A stretch of DNA of 64,000 nt from Paraspadella gotoi (lineage: Eukaryota > Animalia > Chaetognatha). Positions 1 to 17,000 of this stretch are shown piece after piece. How positions within the stretch are numbered: the first letter of the stretch is position 1; the number at the start of each line of letters is the position of its first letter. The DNA lies in assembly GCA_051294375.1 (NCBI GenBank), contig CM119267.1:20836232-20900231 (forward strand). The letters run 5' to 3'. The notes below the pieces were generated by a model. It searched no databases. It was not told where the DNA came from and worked only from the letters and a program-made list of their open reading frames with translations. Both the position numbers and the translations under genes were made by a program.

Positions 1-19
1 AGGTAAGCGAGGATCTCCG

Positions 20-3728
<3,709 letters not shown>

Positions 3729-4015
3729 ATCTGAAAATCAACCAACTCAGCAGCTACTGTTCTACTTTTCTTCCAAAAAAAATGGAGCGTGGTCTTTGCC
3801 AGCCGCGAGTCACCCCAGCTCCACAGAATTCTTTTCCCCATCCCCTCCCCTTCCCCATCTTTATCCCCTCCCTCCCTTTCCCCATTTCTCACCGCCCTCT
3901 ACCCCCCGACATATACCCAACCCTCTGAAACGAAAAACTGGCGGGGGATTTTTTTCGCGCGCAGAGTGGATTTCCTTTTAGCGAGAATGGGCTGAGACAC
4001 GAGTAGAGAGAGAGA

Positions 4016-4051
<36 letters not shown>

Positions 4052-5967
4052 AGAAGAGAAGAGAGAGAAGAGAGAGAGAGAGAGAGCCGAGGTGAGAGGG
4101 TAAATATGTGAGCGAGGAGAATAAGAGGATGAATAAACCAGAAACGAAGTCAAGAGAGAATTTTAGGATGAGAATGAGCGAGAATAAAAATGAGCATGAT
4201 AATTTCAAATAAAAAAAAAAAACAATTATAAATATGAAATTGGTGCAACCAATATAAAAATTATCCATTCATTTAATAAATAAGCTATCTTGCCCCTGAC
4301 TTTGGACAGGCTTAGGTGGTTTAAGGCCTCCATCACTCTTATAAGATAATGAAATAGCAGGTCCCTTCAAGCTTTCAATCTTATTTAAAGATAAATCACT
4401 TTAAAATATTTGTCCGAGAATAGGATGAGAGTGAATTCCGGAATCAAACCTTGCAGTAAAATTTAAAAAAAAAGGAATAAAAATGTAATAGGTTAAATTA
4501 ATAAATATCTCTTTTAGTTAAAAAGGGAGTAAATTTAACTTAGCTAATTTCGATTTAAAATTTTTTAGTCTCTCGTTCTATCTTTCCAGTCATCCTCTTT
4601 CCTTCCTTTTTATCTGCTTCATCCTCCTCTCTGTCTCCCTATTTATCATCCTCTCTGTCTCCCTATTTATCATCTTCCCTGTCTCCTTATTTATCTTTCT
4701 CTCTGTCTCTATCCTACATCATCTCCTCTTCATCCTCCTACCGTTTGTCCCGTTCCCAAAAAAAAAAAAAAAAAGAAAAAAAGGTCAGGACTGCTTTTTT
4801 CTCCAATTGACGAAGGAGAAAAATAGAAGGAGAAAAAGAGAGAGAAAGGGCAGGATCGTCACTCTATCATAATCTAACTTTTTACTCTTTACTCTTTATT
4901 CTGTCTCACCATGTCTCTGCCTCTGTCTCACTCTGTCTCGGTCTCTATATTTTTGATCTCAGAAAGAAAGAAAAAAAAAGAAAGAAAGGAGAGAGAAAAA
5001 AGTAATAAATGAACAAAGAAAGAAAAAAAAAACAGACAATGAAACAAAGAAACAAGAAAAGAAACAAATAAAAGCCAAAGAAAGATAGACAAAGAGAAAA
5101 GGACAAAGAGAATGCGACCGAGTTTAAAAAAAAAGTGAGAAAATGCGTGCATCAAATCGCGATGCCTTCGCGACCATTCACGACCACGGCTTCCGATAAG
5201 ACTGTGAAATTGAAGTAAACAACGTAAAGTGAATTGAAAACAAAGTCTTGGTTTCGAGTTGAGGGGAGAGAGTTGGGAATGCGGGGGGAGAGAGGGGGGG
5301 GGAAGGGAGGGAGAAAGGACCCCGACGAGGTAAGAATAGATCGGAGCGAAGGACCAAGAATATAAAGGAAGGATAGTGAGGATAGGATGTTTGGTTAGGG
5401 AAGGATAGCGGGATCAGAATAGGTTCAAATAGGAAGCGAGGATTTCTACGAAATAAAGAAGAAGAGATAAGTAGATGAAGATCATGGTTCAGATAATGAA
5501 ACCGAGAGTAAAGTTAGTGAGGAACCAGAGAGAAAGAGAGAGAGGATCTATAGAGAGATATAAAGATAAGATAGGATTGGAAGATCTAATAAAGGATCAA
5601 ATACAAAGTAGAAAAAAAGAAAGGAACATAGGCACAAAGTGATTGTCCGATTGAGAAAAGAAATGGTAAAAAAAAATATCCCGGGAAAAAAGGAAGAAAA
5701 AGAAGAGAGAAAAAATGTCGAAGAGAAAAGTCAAGAAAAAAAGGGGAAAAAAAAGAAAAAAAAGGGCGTTGGGCTGATCATTGTGATAAATGTGAATCGG
5801 GTTTGAGAAGAGGGTGAGGACGAAGTGAGGTAAGGAAATTAGAAAAGGAGGAAAGAGGAAGCCAAAAATGGGTGGAGGAAAAGTTTAAGAATCTATTTAA
5901 AGGATAAGTGTGAAGAGAAGAGAACTATTAAAAAAGAGCGAATCGAAGTATTACAAGAAAATAAAAT

Positions 5968-6290
5968 AAACAAGATCGGAGTATCCAATGCGTTGCGCCG
6001 CAGTGACTTTCTGTGATCACATTTACTTTACCCGCAATCACTTTGTCATCACGTGACCGTAGTTTTGCGCGTTGCATCGCGATGCATCGGAATTCCGTTT
6101 TTTATTCTTTCTAGTTTTGGGATTTCCTGAAGGCGGCGCTAGTAGTCATTTAGATTTGAGGTTTTTTTCTGTCTTGACAAATGACAAAATATGGGCGAAT
6201 TATGAGAATTTTTAGCGTAAGTGGGACAGACCGACGGAAAGACATACCGACCGACCGACCGACCGAGTACTCGCGACGCAACTAAAAAGC
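5968..6290. mobile_element. Putative non-autonomous Helentron/DINE-1-like element
   Basis: The core GGATTTCCTGAAGGCGGCGCT...GGGACAGACCGACGGA(C/A)AGACATACCGA recurs at ~435-580 and ~2290-2440. It contains a (GACC)n tetranucleotide tract and ends CGCGACGCAACTAAAAA. The class assignment is an inference from structure. Confidence 0.35.
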
Positions 6291-6677
6291 CCTGCTAAAG
6301 AAATGCTGAATAGTACGAAAAGAATAGAAGAAATATCAGTGGAAGAGAGAGAAGCGACGGGAGGAAAAAAAGAAAAGAAAAGAAAAAGAAGAAAATAGAA
6401 AAGAAAAAAGAAAAGACCAAAAAGAAGAATGATGAGAGAGAAAAGGTGCCATATGGACATCATCGCCGGGAGAAAAGAAAGACGATCTATGGGCGATCAT
6501 GAGGTTCGTCGGAACCGAGACCAAAAAAAGAAAAAAAAAAATCAATCCATGTCCTATTTTTATTTTTTCTCTCTTTTTTATTTATTAATAGAAATGGGTC
6601 GTGATTATTGATTATTGCGGCGGCAGCGACGACCTCGGTAACAGTTAGAGAACACACATGAGACTAGTATTATTATT

Positions 6678-7013
6678 ATGAAATTGGTACAACCAATATT
6701 ATTTTTTTTTTGCAAAATGTTTTTTCTTTTCTTTTCTTTTCTAACCGAATTACTTAGCATATCGTAAACCCCCAATAAGACACTGCTCTGTTGTCATTTT
6801 AATGTCACTGGCGTCTTTACGCCGACACCATCACACTTTATTCAGCGGGAAACAGAAACTCACGGTTGGTCAACGAGTACATAGTTGTCCAAGCCAATGG
6901 GTCGAGCTGAGCTAAACGGGAGGCGAATTTAGGATTCGCCACAAACTCCACTTTAAAGTCACTAGACAAAGTAACTTATTTATCATATGATACATTGGTT
7001 GTACTAATTTCAT
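6678..7013. mobile_element. MITE-like element bounded by ~20-bp inverted repeats
   Basis: ATGAAATTGGTACAACCAAT (~6678) matches the reverse complement of ATTGGTTGTACTAATTTCAT (~6994) with 1 mismatch. The same motif also occurs at ~4234 and, inverted, at ~19935. Confidence 0.4.
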
Positions 7014-8435
7014 CCCCTCAAGAACACTCCTTTTTATCTCGATCCGTTTTACCCAGATGCATCCAACGAAACCGTACGTGATAATATTTCGAAATACTAT
7101 CCGTTTTATAAACAATTTATTTTCTTCTTTATTTCAAAAACTTCAATCTGAGGAGCAAACAAAAACAAAAGCACAATTTGGGTTTGCATATATATACAAA
7201 CGAACTTTTTATAACAAAATTCTAAACTGCGAATTCGATCTGCAATCGTCTGAATTACGGTATTATCTACATTTCCTCTTCACATTTCCATTTCACCCCC
7301 ACACACATTTTCCAACCCACCCTCCCCTCTTCCTCGCCTTCCCCAACCTTTCATCCCTCCCTCCTCATTCGTCCTCTTTCCTAGAAAACCCCGGCCTCTG
7401 ACGAAAACCTTAAGAAGTCGAAACGCGACGTCAGTTGTCAGAATCTCATTTGCATATTTGGGATTTTTCTTTTTTTTAGTAAAAAAAAACGAGGAACGGG
7501 ACGTAAAGGATGACGATGACTTTGAGGACTGTGACTACGTCAGAAGATGACGGTGACGACGACGAAAAAAAATGACTATGATGATTAGTTAGCTATGGAG
7601 AGTGAATTGCAATGCAAATGACAACGACTTCGAAAACGATGGGAAAAAATGATGAAGTCAATGACGAGTTCAATTCTGACAAAGACGACGATGTCAAAAC
7701 GACGATGACGACGATGACGACGACCCGACTTCCTAGTTTTTCGACTTTTCCTCCTTACCAGCAACGCGGTCATAACGAGTAAGGATTGGGTGAGTGACTT
7801 TTCTGGTGAGAGGTGACGGAGACCCGGGGGTGAAAAAGAGAATTAGTTCCGAGGGAGTAAACGGAGGTGGGTTACTGTGTTAAGGTTTAGGATTGGTGAC
7901 AGGATCACGTGAAAGGTTTTGATTGGGGCAAAAAGGTAAGGTTTAAAAGTTTAGGAAATAAACGACAGTATTGAGAATTTGGCTTACGCAATGGGAGAAA
8001 CCGGGTAAAGGGAATAAGGTTCGAGTCCTGGAGGGAAATTGTGGGTGATTGTGGGCGATGTGTGACGGAAGAAAAGGAAAATCGTTTTGAACGGTTGAGA
8101 AATCGCGATAACAACGACAACAACATCGATTTTGCCCGTGAATATTTCATGCCTTCGTTAGTCGGTTGAACGAAATCAGCGGCGAGCAAATTAGCTCGAA
8201 ACAAAGGATGAGAAAATAAAGGGAGAAAAAAAATTAAGGAAAAGGGAAATAAAAAAAGGAAACCAAAAGAAAGGAAGTTATTTGGTGAAAATCGATTCGA
8301 CTGATTGTGAAAGTGAAGCCGTAAAACATTGGCCAGTGTGATAACTTAACTTTCGCAAGAATAATGTAATAGATAAATGGGTAGAGAAAATAGAAAATGA
8401 GAGAGAGAGANNNNNNNNNNNNNNNNNNNNNNNNN

Positions 8436-11400
8436 AAAGAAGAGGAGATGAAATTTTATAACACAGACTCCTTCAGCTACACAGTTGAACGAATCATTCA
8501 GGTCACTGGGGAACACAAGTGGCCTAACCCAGTGGCCAATGATACAACCATCATCAGGGGATGTCAAGACCAACGCCAGTGCCGTCTCGACCAGAATGTA
8601 CAACGAAAAATTCAGAAGCCCAATCTCAAGCACCTCATGTTCTGCAACAGGATGGTTGGGCGGTACCTCCTATGAGCTGGTCAGCACAGATGGAAGAGCG
8701 CCGAGACTTGTTATCAAAGTGCAAAACAATACCAGCCAACAAACGCAGTGACTGCGCAGACAGTACTTACAATCAATCAAGAAATGGATTGTAACGGGAC
8801 TGTATAGGCTTTCCATTCAGGTTAATACAAAACTCGCTAAAACCCAAGAGATCGTTAGAGATAAGACGCCTATTAGATGGAATAAATAGTAATAAAAAGA
8901 AACTCTGAGCATTAACTTCCGTAATCATGCTAAAGTGATACGAACTAAAAAAAAAGGACATTATGCCGTTAAAGAATTATATAACCATTAAGGAGAGATC
9001 ACCCAAGTGACAAGGGAGGGGTCCAGGAAGGAGTAGCAATGCTTGTAACCCAAACAATATATTATTCAGAGATAGTAAAGAGTGACGACAAAGAAGTGAA
9101 TTTTTAATTGTAAAATTTAAATAACAACAAAACGGGCTCCTTATTGCAGAACAAAATACGCCCAATCCAGGAACAAAAAGTAACGCTAAAAAGTTCTTTT
9201 GAAGAAAATTAAAGAAATCGAAAATAAGAGCTCGGGCACACCCATAATAAATTATGGGCGACCATGAGATGCAAAGATTTCAAAACTCTTGAATCCAACC
9301 CAGACAATGAAGGCATCATTTGGAAAAATTAATGGAGGATTTACAGCAATGTCGTGTATTAATAGGCGGGGGAACCAACATATTACAAGTTTTTCAAGCA
9401 ACGCAAGAGCAAGCCTAGACTTAAGCATAGCAACGAACAGAAATCCAATTGAAGACTGGGAATTTGGAAAGTTCTAGAACCAATACAAATGATCACCTAC
9501 CCACATATATAGAGATAAAAAAATCACCACGGGAGTAAACAACAAAGATAGAAAGGAGGTGATAAAATTGGAGACATACAACAAAAATACTTCAAGATAA
9601 CACAAACAACTTGATTACTACAACAATATTACAAATTGAAGAACTAGAGACTATAGGGACGAAAAAAGTTTTCAAGAACGGAAATAAGAGAAACAGCAGA
9701 AGGCGGGGCAACAAAAAAACAAAACCAATACGGCATCAAACTAGGCATCAAACTCTCAAAGAGAGTCCCATATAATTCTAAATTTAAAGTAAAAATCCAC
9801 AACTGGAGAAGGAGACACGTGGATCGTAGACAAAAAACTTAAAGAATTATTCCGGAAAGCCTATAATAAAACAGTGCCTGCCTAAGGAAAAAGTCTATCC
9901 CAAGACAGAGAGAATCATTGAAAGGAAAAATAACTTGATGGCCAACACACCGTCCGATGCGAATAAAAAATGGTCAATATACAAAGAGATGCAAACATTG
10001 AAACATCAGAAAATAGCCCTTTACCTCTTAAAAAGAGAATGATGGGAAACTGGGCATAAGCGGTAAAAAGAAAGAGCTGAAACTCATAGGCTGAACGACT
10101 TTAAAAAAGTATATAATCCACACTTGAAAATCCAGCTTTAATGAAATGATCAAATGGAAAAGGGAAGGTAACCAATTTTTGCAACAAAGAAGAAAATAAG
10201 TCAATCATTAGAAATAAAGCCAACGAAGAAGAAAACCGAGAAGAGCCAAACTTCAGTTACAAGAACTAAATAACAGCTTTAATGCACTGCAAAAACAGAT
10301 CCGCCAACCAGGTGAAGACGGAGTTACCTACCAAATGATAAAGAGCTGTGCGGCAAAGAAAATGGGATTATTTACTAAAAATAATATAACATTGTTGGCA
10401 GAGGGTTATTATCCAAAACACTGGGAAGATAGCAAAACTAATTACGCTTCCGAAAAAAGGAAAAAAACTTGGAGGAGAGCTAAAAACCATAGACCATTAG
10501 TCTTTTATCATCGGCGTTGGGCAAAGTTTTTGAGCGTCTAATCAAACCAAGACTCATAAAAAGCCTTGGATAAAGCAGGACTTCGAAACAAATTTCCAGA
10601 GTGGATACAAAAGGCATAAAGCCCTCAAGAATCATCTCTTCAGACTAAGTGAAAACTGTTTCTACCAAGCCTTTCGTCAAAGAAAATGCGTATTAGGGCC
10701 TTTCTTTTTTTAGAATGTTGAATTAGCCTTCGATGCCACCTATGGTGGAACGGACTTCGATAATAAGCTTCTCAAGAAAATACGAGCCCAAGAACTTTTA
10801 AGAAATTAGTCACAGCGGATTCCTAACAGACAGAGCAATAAGGGTTTACGAAGGGGTAAAGAATTCTCAGAAGCTTTCCCTGCATTACACAGGAACGCCC
10901 CAAGGAAGGTAAAATCATCAAGTCCTGATCTTTTCAATGTACACAACCGACGATGTCTTTGAAGAAGCACGTGCAATTGATCCCAGCAACAGTTTTGCAG
11001 ACGACAGGCAGCCTGGACGGTGGGCAGAAAGCGCCACCTGGAAGGGAAACCTAGGATGGAGCAACTAAATCAAAAGTGCTTGAGAGATGGTGCCGGCAAA
11101 ATGGAGACTAAAACTCGCGCCTCAACAAGTCGACATTAGATTGTCTGTCAAGCAGACTTCAAACTGGACATCTGTCGGTCAACGTGGAACTAAACTCTTA
11201 GGAAGCACCAGTATCAGTCGGCAGAAACATGCACGTTATCTCGGAGGTTCAATTTGACAGGAAACTACTAATGGAAGGACCATATGCAACTCCGCCGTAA
11301 CTCAGAAAGGCATCAACACAGCGCTTAGGTATCCTTAGGAAATTAAAGGTAATGAACCCCTAAATCATCCAAATTAATCTTAATTTGTTTTAAACGTTAT

Positions 11401-12380
11401 GATAAGAACAATCTTTGAATACGGTTCAATATGTTATATGCCATGTCCGAGGTACACTGGGCGAAAATAGAAAAAAATTCCATACCACAATCAATGACGG
11501 ACAGCTCTTGATATCCAAAATTATATAAGCAATAAAATTAGATATTGAACGCAAGTGGCGAAAAACCAATAAGGGAGGCACGTTAAAAAATTTTGCACTC
11601 CCAAAGATTATTAAACAATGTAATAAAGAAAGTTAAATATCGTCAAGAGAAAATAAAACCGCTTACGAAGATGTGACAAACAATAGCCAATACAAAAAAG
11701 CGTACTTAGAGAATTGGCCTGGACCCAATTGAGATAAGACAAAGCGATAGTAACACTATAGAAATAAATTTATCTGTCTTAATAACTCGAATTAAAAGAA
11801 GTTTACCAAAACTCTGGGGAAAGTAAAACGTCAATCAGAGTGTCCAACCGTGAAAGATCCCTTCAAGCAAAGTCTTCACTTCAATCTGCAACTTCGTAAA
11901 CTGATGCGTCTATCACTGCGTCAGTTATAACCGTCGTAATTTGAGATAAACTGTTTTTTCGTTAGCATTACTAATTATCTGTATATAGAAACTTTATCTG
12001 CTTAGCTCACAATTTTCATTATTTAGATGTTTGCTTATTAATGTCTGTGACATCTTAAGAAAGATGTGTAGTTCTCACAAACTTTTATATGATAGCATAG
12101 GAATAGTATTCCGTTAACAGTAAGCATCAAAAGTAGCCTAAGACCGCGCGTGCGGGCAGCGAAGTCCCTAGCTATAGTATTGTGCCTACAGACCCGCCAA
12201 GTGCGCACAAAGGCTTTCTTTCTTATTTAGGAGTAGTTAACAAAAGTATTGGTTTAGAACGCGGCGCCTAAGACCGCTCGATGCGGTGCCGCAACGACGT
12301 TTTACTTAAACTGGGTACTAGTATTTGGCCTAAGAGCTTCATGCTCGGGCATTTTAAGTTTTTTGTTATCATCATCATCC
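8436..12380 (+). mobile_element. Non-LTR retrotransposon (LINE), APE endonuclease + reverse transcriptase, frameshifted
   Basis: Endonuclease-like ASLDLSIAT (~9410) and DHLP (~9491). RT motifs in shifting frames: PGEDGVTYQMIK (~10308), GYYPKHW, NHRP, GKVFERLI, FQSGYK, AFD, GTPQG (~10892), FADD (~10994). The 3' end is an (ATC)n tail at ~12370. Confidence 0.85.
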
Positions 12381-13489
12381 AATCTCTCTCTCTCTCTCCA
12401 TCTCTCGAAGGAAAGGAAAGGAAAGGAAAGGAAAGGAAAGGAAAAAAGAAGAAGAAAAAAAATGAAAGGAAAAATAGAATAGATGAAGATAGCCAATCAT
12501 TGAACTCTGCACGTGGAACGCCAGGACGAATCGTCAGGCGTGATCGCTTTTGGGAAGAGCTGGCGTCCTCAGTTCCCGCTTAGTGACTCATCTGGTTTTA
12601 CGCTCCAGATTTTAACAGGCCCTGGCAGGTGCTCTGGTATGAAAAGCGGTTTGGCGGGAAAATTCTCTCTCAGAAAGGAAGGTTTAAAGTTTAGTGAAAT
12701 AAACGACAGTATTGAGAATTGGCTTACGCAACTGGCAGAAACCGGGTATAAGGGTAATAAGGCTTTCGATCCTGGAGGCCAATTGTGGTGTTTGGCGTCA
12801 TGTTGACGGTAAGAAAAGGAAAATCGTTGTGGATACGTGAGAAATCGCGATAATCAAACGACACAACAGGTCGATGCCCGTGAATATTTCTATGCCTTCG
12901 TAGTCGTTGATACTGAATCAGCGGCGAGCAATTAGCTCGAAACAAAGGATAGAAAATAAAGGTGATAAAATAAGGAAAAGAGAAATAAAAAAAGGAAACC
13001 AAAAGAAAGGAATTATTCGGTGAAAATCGATTCGACTGATTGTGAAAGTGAAGCCGTTGAAACATTGGCAGTGTGATAACTTTAACTTTCGCAAGAATAA
13101 TGTATAGATAAAATGGTAGAGAAAATAGAAAATGAGAGAGAGAGAGAGAGATGAGAGAGAGAGAAGATGAGAGAGAAGATGAGAGAATGAGAGAGAGATG
13201 AGAGAGAGGAGAGAGAGGCTTTCGTCCGGGAACGTGAAATTATACGGAGAGATCGCAAAAAAAGACGTGGAAATATGGAAAAAAGAAGTGAGATCGAGAG
13301 AGATGAGAGAGAGATGAGAGAGAAGAATGGAGAAGAGAGATGAGACGGAGATGAGAGAGAGATGAGAAAGATATCTGAGAAGAGATACTGGTCGCAGTTA
13401 TTTTTTCATAAAGGATTTACTCTTACGATAAAAAGGGCGCAGACTGTGGCGGCAAGAACTTAAGCATGCCTCACTGCTGTCCGTCCTCA

Positions 13490-13735
13490 GCCTCGTCTCA
13501 ATGGTCTGAGCTGGCTAAATCTCTCATTCCACTCCAGTGCCTCCCGGTTCAATCCCTGCGGTTATCCCGGTTTCTGCTTATTGACGGTGCCTGTATAACA
13601 TGCCAGTGCACGGATGGCGGTCACTTGAGGTCCGCAGCCCCTACGCCAGTTGTGGTGAGATTAATCCGCGCGCCCGGGTATCACAGGCTATCCTCCGTTG
13701 CCATTAAGACAGTTATAAACCAACTCCGAAGATTT
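13490..13735 (+). mobile_element. Putative tRNA-derived SINE
   Basis: A-box-like TGGTCTGAGCTGG (13502) and B-box-like GGTTCAATCCC (13546) at tRNA-like spacing, followed by a GC-richer unique body. Confidence 0.3.
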
Positions 13736-14074
13736 AGAAAGGAAGGAAAGGAGAGGAAGGAAGCGAAGGAAGAAAGGGACAAGGAAAGGGAATAAGAAAA
13801 AGAAAAAAAAGGAAGTAGGAAAATAGAATAGATGAAGATTAGCCAATCATGAACTCTGCACGTGGCAACGCAGTGACGAATGTCAGGCGTGATCGCTTTT
13901 GGGAAGAGTCTGGCTTGTCGCTGTTCCGTTAGTGACTCAATTGGTTTTACGCTCCAGATTTAAAAGGCTCTGCAGGTGCTCTTGGTATTGAATAAGCGGT
14001 TTGGCGGAGAAATTCTCTCTTCAGTGTCGTCGACATTGGTTGTTGATTTTTTGCTTTTGTAACTAGGAAGAGAG

Positions 14075-17000
14075 AGAAAACATTGCAACATTGAACTTGA
14101 TCTGTAGTGGGGCTTTAGGACTGAGTAGGCCTATTAAAAGCGACCTTAGATAAATTTGCATGCGAGTTTTAATGATTATTAAAAAAAAAAATGCTTTTCA
14201 AACTGACATCAACTGTAGAAGTGTTGAACGGTTTATAGTATGTAAGGCTACTATTCGACATCTTATGAAATACTTCGCTATCTCATTTGGATATTTAAGG
14301 TAAAGTGACAAATATTATGAAATCTTCTCAATTTGCAATTTATGCAGACGTCTTTTCTTTTCCAAATAATCTCAATCCCAGTAGTTTTTCTTATTCGGTG
14401 ATCATATTTGTTTACGTCAATATGTATTATGGTAATACATTTTACAGTGTGGTCAAACATATGATTTTTCTGAACAACACGTTTTAATCTGATGTACAGC
14501 AAATTTTTGATATAATCTGAAGAGTGGTATTTGCCTCGACTATCTAAGGTGCATCGTTAGCGCGTTATGTATGTGGAGGTTTTGAAGATTCGAATAGCCT
14601 CTCAGCTGTTAAACGGTCTAACTTAAGCCTAATGATAAGGCTCCAGCCGATAATTTAAGCTAAGGAGATGAATATTAAAAAATGAGAAACAATAAGGTTT
14701 GAAATAGCTGATAGACGAAGTTTGTAGTTATCACCTGGTACAAAACGTATATTCTGTTAATGCAAGTAATATACAATTTTGGCTTTTTTAAATAACTCAA
14801 TTAACTTGTTACTCCATGTGAGGTCTGTTGTCTATAATAATCCTAAATAATTTTAATGCTATTATACATAGGTTCTCTACAACAAAGATAACAAATTATT
14901 TCAAAATAAAAAGATTAAAGAACGATTTATAAGGTATACAATTTGATTTCGGGACACAGATCCAAGAAACCATCAAAACACCCACCTCAAGTTTATGAAG
15001 GTTCGTTGAAGAGCTTTTACAGAAGGTGAGATCTTTTTGACGAAGCCTCAGCATGCCTTGACATCGTCCGGCGTCTTATTGCGGCAGCACTCTCCAAGAC
15101 GTCCAAGAGGGCGCCCTCAAAACGCGGTTGATTCAGTGGGATATTTGCGGTCAGGTTTCTTCATCTTGATCATCACTCATTGGCGAGGCTTGAACACCTG
15201 GGTTAGAGGACTTGGACTATGAGATTTGTAAGTCCCAACATAATAGGGCAATACCAATTTCGGGGCTTAAAATCTGCTCTTGGGGTGAGGCCACTAGAGA
15301 TCAGGACTTCATCGTGATTGTTCATCTTCTTTGCTGATGGACTTTGAAGCTTCGGTTGGTCAGAAATGAATTTATTAAACGTGTCATGTCTTTGAAATGC
15401 ACTTTTAATTAAATTTGTAACGTGAGACCGTCATGCCATATTTTGTCAAATAGTTTCTGTAATCAAGATGTGACTAGGATAGTTGCACCTCTTGTTTTGA
15501 GCGATCGGTGAGCATCTTCAACCAATTGCTGGAATATTTTTGGAGCAGTATACGCCTTTCCGATAACCTTGATTGAAGAGGGCGTTCTTGCTCCTGTGAT
15601 TTAGCATGCTTATGAGACCAGGAAGGATCAATCTTCTCGTCCCCAACAATTTTCTCAGGAAAGAAGAAGACTAATTGCGGTCGAGTTAATTTTCTCGATA
15701 TTGCGTTGCATTCTTTCCTGTTTTGTGATCATTCGGATTAGAGCCATTTCCATTGCTTTGGGAAGTATCCAATCCGAAGACAGCAAGAAATTATGTGTTG
15801 TAGAGCTGTTTCAGCACCCTTCTAGATGGTAAATTTCGGAGCATTTTATGGTTTTATGTTATTGATCCCGCCCTGTCTGAGTTGGCATTTTTAAACGTTT
15901 GGATTAGTTTCATACTATATTTTCCATTCTAAACTCTCATTACAAATGTCTTCATATCAGGATTCATATCTTCTGTTGTTTTGTATCATGGGAAAAGATA
16001 AGATTGGTATTGTGAACGTTGTTAGTTATTTATTTGCCATTCTTGTCTTTCAGGAAGCAACAAGGTGATTGCACGCTATACATATTTCGAGTTATCAGCA
16101 AAAATAGCAAGGTTTGCCGATTGTTTTCTGCTACAGAACCTATCACCTCTACGAAGCTATTTGCATCTGGAGGGAATTTGAGAATTAATTCGTGATATTG
16201 TTTATTATTTCCATTTTTTGCTGCGTCTTTTTCTTCATAAATTTGTTTACTTTGACTTTGTAATAATTTGACCAGAAACATGTTTTGTTAGCAATTCTTA
16301 GTCTTCTACATAACACTAATTGTATTCTTTCTTATTTCTCAGTGGAGCAGAATAACCCACTTTTCTATAGTTAATTTTGTCTTGATATCTGCTCGTTTCT
16401 TTTTTATCGGGCTTTTGTGTAATTTACTATTTGTAATTTCCGTCTTTTATGATCATTTCTTTAGCTCGGTGTTTTCATTGTAAGAGGTTATTATCAAATT
16501 AGAAAATGGTGTTTTATTTTTGTATCAAGTTTTCTGAAAGTGTAAGATTTCTGGTTCTTTAAATTGACTACTCCATCTTAATAGATTTCTTCGAAATTTT
16601 TGCTCAATGAGTTTCTTTAAGTGGTATCACCGTTTTTTCATATTTTAAAGAGATGTTGTCAGAACTGGAAATGGTCTTGAACCGACACATTCCATCAGAC
16701 TGTTACATGAGTCTATTTGGCGCACAGTGCTTGTACCTACTGTTAGACAGACGTCTAGAACATTTGCTTCGCCGTTAGATTTGCTGATGAAGGTTGGTGA
16801 GTACCATGTTACCCGGAAAGAGTGGTATTTAGAAATGGTAAGAGAGTAAGTCATTTCACCCTTTGCTGTTATCAAATCTTCCGCCGAGGTAGACCGTTGA
16901 GAAGAGTTTAAGTCGCTCTTTTGCAATAGACTGTGAAATAACATTAGATCTGTTTGATATATTTGAATAGAATTAAATATGGTCTTCATTTAGATACAAG

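Larger units (their letters stand above)
7935..14022. repeat. Interleaved segmental repeats flanking the LINE: ~7935-8410 = ~12680-13140 and ~12410-12670 = ~13745-14022
   Basis: Shared unique text, e.g. AAATAAACGACAGTATTGAGAATT and GAAAATCGATTCGACTGATTGTGAAAGTGAAGCCG (pair 1), and TCAGGCGTGATCGCTTTTGGGAAGAG (pair 2). Confidence 0.75.

Noticed and set aside
14305-14487. Plus-strand QFAIYADV resembling an RT YADD motif
   Set aside because: It lies inside the 3' part of the minus-strand LINE and has no other plus-strand RT motifs around it, so it is probably chance.
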